Positions 60,441-64,000 of a stretch of DNA of 64,000 nucleotides are shown one piece after another. The stretch's first letter is position 1. Each line of letters starts with the position of its first letter. Below the pieces are notes generated by a model. It made no database searches and had not been told where the DNA came from. It saw only the letters and a program-made list of their open reading frames with translations. Origin of the DNA: Hypanus sabinus. Taxonomy: Eukaryota. Both the position numbers and the translations under genes were made by a program. The stretch covers positions 28,458,001 through 28,522,000 of the forward strand of contig NC_082731.1 in the NCBI RefSeq assembly GCF_030144855.1, in the 5' to 3' direction.

Positions 60441-60779
60441 TCGAATTCTGCAGAAAGTTAGGCACCTTGTGGATCACATAACATGTTCTGTGTCCTGCAG
60501 AGTAAGGGAGATTTTGTTGAGACACACTGAAGGTGAGGTCCTGTTTGAAGGGCACCGATGCCAATGATCCTTTTGAAGGTCTCCTTGTGACTCTCTCTGG
60601 GTCTGTCTGTCTCTGCTTTAGCCACTCAGATTGTCCTCTGCCTTCCCTCTTCAAACACTTGCACAGTTTCTTTATTTGCATAGTTCTGAATTTATCCTTT
60701 GTCTCTTCTTGCAATTATCTCTGTCTCTGTCATCACTGAACTCACAAGAAGAAAAGAAAACAGGAGAAAATGTAGACCA

Positions 60780-62210
60780 CCAGATTCCATGCTCTGGGCT
60801 GAGATTTCTGGGGATTTTTTCCCTCTGAGAGAAGAAATTTCTCTGCACCTCAGTTTCAAATATCCGGCTCCTTATTTCTTAACAATGTCCCCTTATTCAT
60901 TGCTCTCTGACAGATGACAATCTCTCAACATCAACCCTCTTGTGCCCCTTTTGTATCTGATATGCTTGAGTCCAGAAATCCTGGATTCTTCTAAACTCTA
61001 AGGAATGTAGACACAGACAGTCTTGTCGCAGTCACTGTCTGACTTCAGTTACAGATACAGGCCCTTCGGCCCATCCAGTATTTAAACTGCCCAGACACAT
61101 TGACTTGCACCCAGAACATAGCCATTCATGCCCCACCCATTCATGTACCTACACTCCAAATTTATCCTCAGGAATGTCTTATACAACTTCAACATAACAT
61201 CCAATCTCCTGTACACCATACCTAGATTTGTGAAGGCCAATTGCAACACATCACACTTAAATTCCATCTGCCATTTTTCTGCCCATTGAGTTGTAGAAAA
61301 GTACAGTCCACAGACAGGCCTTTCAACCCATCTAGTCTGTGCTGAGTCATTTAAACTGCTAAGTCCCACTGACTTGCACCCAGACCATCACCCTCCATAC
61401 CCTTCCCATCCATCTAACCATCCAAACTTCTCTTAAACATTGAAATCAAGCTTGCAAGCATCACTTGTTCTGGCAGCTCATTCCACACTCTCACAAATCT
61501 CTGAGCGAAGAAGTTTACCTCATGTTCTCCTTCAACATTTCACCATTCACCCTTAACCTATGACCACTAGTTGGCATTCTTCCCAACCTCAGTGGAAAAA
61601 GCCTGCTTGCTTTTATGTATCGATACCCCCGATAAATCTGTACTCCACCATCAAATCTCCCCTCAATCTTTTATGTTTCAGGGAAAACAGTCCTAAACTT
61701 TGTAATCTTTCCTTATAACACAGTTTCTCCAGTCCTGGTAGAATCCTTTTAAACTTTCTCTGTACTCTTTCAAGCTTATTTACATCTTTCCTGTAGGTTA
61801 GTGACTACACACTGTAATCCAAATGAGGCCTCATGAATGTCTTATACAACTTTAAGATAACTTCCCATCTCCTGTACTCAGTACTTTGACTTATGAAGAC
61901 CAATGTGCCAGAGATTTGTTTATGACCCTATCTACCAGTGTCTCCACTTTCAGTGAATTATGGACCTGTATTCCCAGATCCCTTTGTTCTACCACACTCC
62001 TCAGTGTCCTATCGTTCACTGTGTAAGTCCTACCCTGGTTGGTACTACCAAAGTGCAACACTTCACACTTGCCTACATTAAATTCCATCTGCTATTTTAC
62101 CATCTGGTCCATATCCCACTGCAAGCTCCGATATTCTTCCTTGCTGTCCGCTCCACCCCCCAATCTTGGTGTCAATTACAAATTTGTTGATCCAGTTAAC
62201 TATATTACCA
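60780..62210 (-). mobile_element. Several stacked CR1 3' fragments
   Basis: EFNVGKCEVLHFG, EQRDLGIQVH; repeated tails at about 61060 and 61320; NFFSQR remnant at about 60830. Confidence 0.8.
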
Positions 62211-62217
62211 TCTAGAT

Positions 62218-64000
62218 CAGGGGTGGCCAACCTTTTACATTCCATGCATCAATTTTTTCACGCACGAGTTCAGATGCGCCATACAACTTTTGTACCCCCA
62301 TTCATTTCTTGTAAAAATATGTTAATATAGACATATTTAGCATTTTTATATGATATATTGATTTAACATAAAAACAAGATAAACATTATTTACCTTAATG
62401 AGACTTTTGAGTCTGTTTTGATTTTGCCAAGATTTTAATATTTGGAGATAAATTAATTACTGAGAGCAGCAGAGAATTCTTTAAATTAGAATCAGTCAGT
62501 CGTGACCTCATTTTGTTTTTAATCAATTACTTGGCTGAAAATGCTTGTTCATATCTGTACGTCTTTCCAAAATGACAGATATAAGTCTGGGCAAATTTTC
62601 TTAGCTCTGGAAAATGTTCACAGGGTAATGATCGCCAGAAATTAATCATGTCAGAAGCATTTGGGACTGAGGGAAGCTCATCAAATTTCATGTTCAATAA
62701 TGAATTTGTTTTCAAGTCAGTAAGTTCTATACTTGTGTTACTAGGCATCTTCATGATCTTTGTTCAAGTGAAAATGGGTTTATAAATGCAAGTATGCAGC
62801 CTACTTCTTTAGCAAAATCATGAAAACAACTTTCAAAAGACTCTTGCAATAACCTGATTTTTTTCAATATATTTTGTAAAATTGCCGTTAACTTCAGCAC
62901 ATTCACTCTGATCTTTTAAGTGTGGAAACTGGCTCAAATCCTCATTTTCTAACTGAGAGGTGAACAGTTTTAACTTCATCTTGAAAGCATCGATTTCATT
63001 TATTAAGCTAGGAAACAATTTGTTCTTACCATGGAGTTTCAAATTTAGATCATTGAGATGCTTTAAACATCAACTAAAAATCCTAAATCAAATAGTCAAT
63101 TGTTAAAAGGGCTCTTTCCTCAGGCAGCTCTTTTTTTTTCTAGAAAATTATGAACAGTATTTTTCAGTTTCCAAAATGTACTCAGAACCTGTCCTCTAGA
63201 AAGCCAGCGCACCTCGTAATGAAGGACGAGATCGCCATATTCCACATCTAACATTTCACAATATTCTCTGAATTCCCATCTGTCTAATCCTCTTGCTTTA
63301 ACTTTATTCACACATTTCACAACCAGTAGCATACCATGCTGCAAATTTAAAGTTTTTCCAGACAGTGACTCGGTGTATAATGTAGTGGTATTTTAGTAGA
63401 GGACAACCTAAAAAGTTTTCAAGCAGTAGTCCCAGCGGCTTTACCTATCATTACCGGCGCTCCATCAGTACAAACACCAATGAGTTTACTGGAATCTAGT
63501 TGTAGATTTTCTAGGCATGATTTCACTTTGTCAAATATGTCTGATCCTCTTGTTTTTCCATGAAGAGACTGAAGACCAATAAGTTCCTCAAAGACGCTAA
63601 TATTATCATCAATTCCTCTTATAAAAATGCTTAACTGGGCTACATCACATACGTCAGCAGATTCGTCCAAAGCTGAAGAAAAGAAAGTACAAGCATGGAC
63701 AAGGTCTTTCAGTTGCTCAGATACATCATGACAGAGCTCCTCAGTGCTTCTCGTAACTGCTTTGACAGAGCAATTTCATCTACAAGTACTTTCCTTTCGA
63801 TACTTTTATCACCAAGACATCTTGCAAATATTTGCAGGCAAGGCTTAATAATTTCTTCTCCATCAGAGAAAGACTTCCGTTTTTTGGCCAACGCTAAAGT
63901 AATTTTGTAGCATGCTTCAGTCATTGCCAAACTTTAACAACTTCCATTAACAAATATATTTTCTCTCCTTTTGACTTCTTCCTTTTTATTAATCACTTAT
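62218..64000 (-). mobile_element. hAT DNA transposon of the Buster/SPIN/Charlie group, decayed transposase, continuing beyond the window
   Basis: Terminus CAGGGGTGGCCAAC at 62218, preceded by the 8-bp site ATCTAGAT (central TA). Motifs LAKKRKSFSDGE, DESADV.DVAQL, CTDGAP, EVRWLSRG, FGKTY.YEQAFS; multiple frameshifts. Confidence 0.9.

Noticed and set aside
60430-60714. 94-aa ORF MQEETKDK... as an upstream Ig exon
   Set aside because: No Ig-fold Cys/Trp pattern, and it runs into a CR1 tail.
60742-60825. Hydrophobic mini-exon EGKNPQKSQPRAWNLVVYIFSCFLFFL* after a strong-looking acceptor
   Set aside because: The acceptor is the CR1 NFFSQR motif and the body is a decayed CR1 3' end; not an Ig TM sequence.
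63120-63930. GTF2IRD2/EPM2AIP1-like domesticated gene
   Set aside because: Multiple frameshifts and a transposon terminus are present, so it is a decayed transposase.

Overview
Eukaryotic genomic DNA, almost certainly from a cartilaginous fish (shark, skate or ray). This is inferred from the immunoglobulin type and repeat content; the species cannot be determined from the window. Most of the window is decayed or nested transposable elements: CR1, L1, Rex1/Babar and Nimb-type LINEs; Gmr1-type Gypsy, sushi/PEG10-type Gypsy and BEL/Pao LTR elements; and one hAT DNA transposon. The only host gene I can support is the 3' end of an Ig heavy-chain cluster on the minus strand, most likely IgW. It comprises two intact C1-set exons (54559-54861 and 54153-54470, resembling IgW CH3 and CH4), a transmembrane exon absent from the ORF track (51444-51586), and a probable TM2/3'UTR exon (starting at 40107). 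No CH5, CH6 or tailpiece exon lies between the last C exon and TM1, or anywhere downstream in the window. Two three-level TE nests can be fully resolved from their target-site duplications. Shared element-to-element junctions show an old tandem duplication around the TM exons. No prokaryotic features, CRISPR arrays, rRNA or tRNA genes were found. All identities quoted are by-eye estimates; no database search was run.
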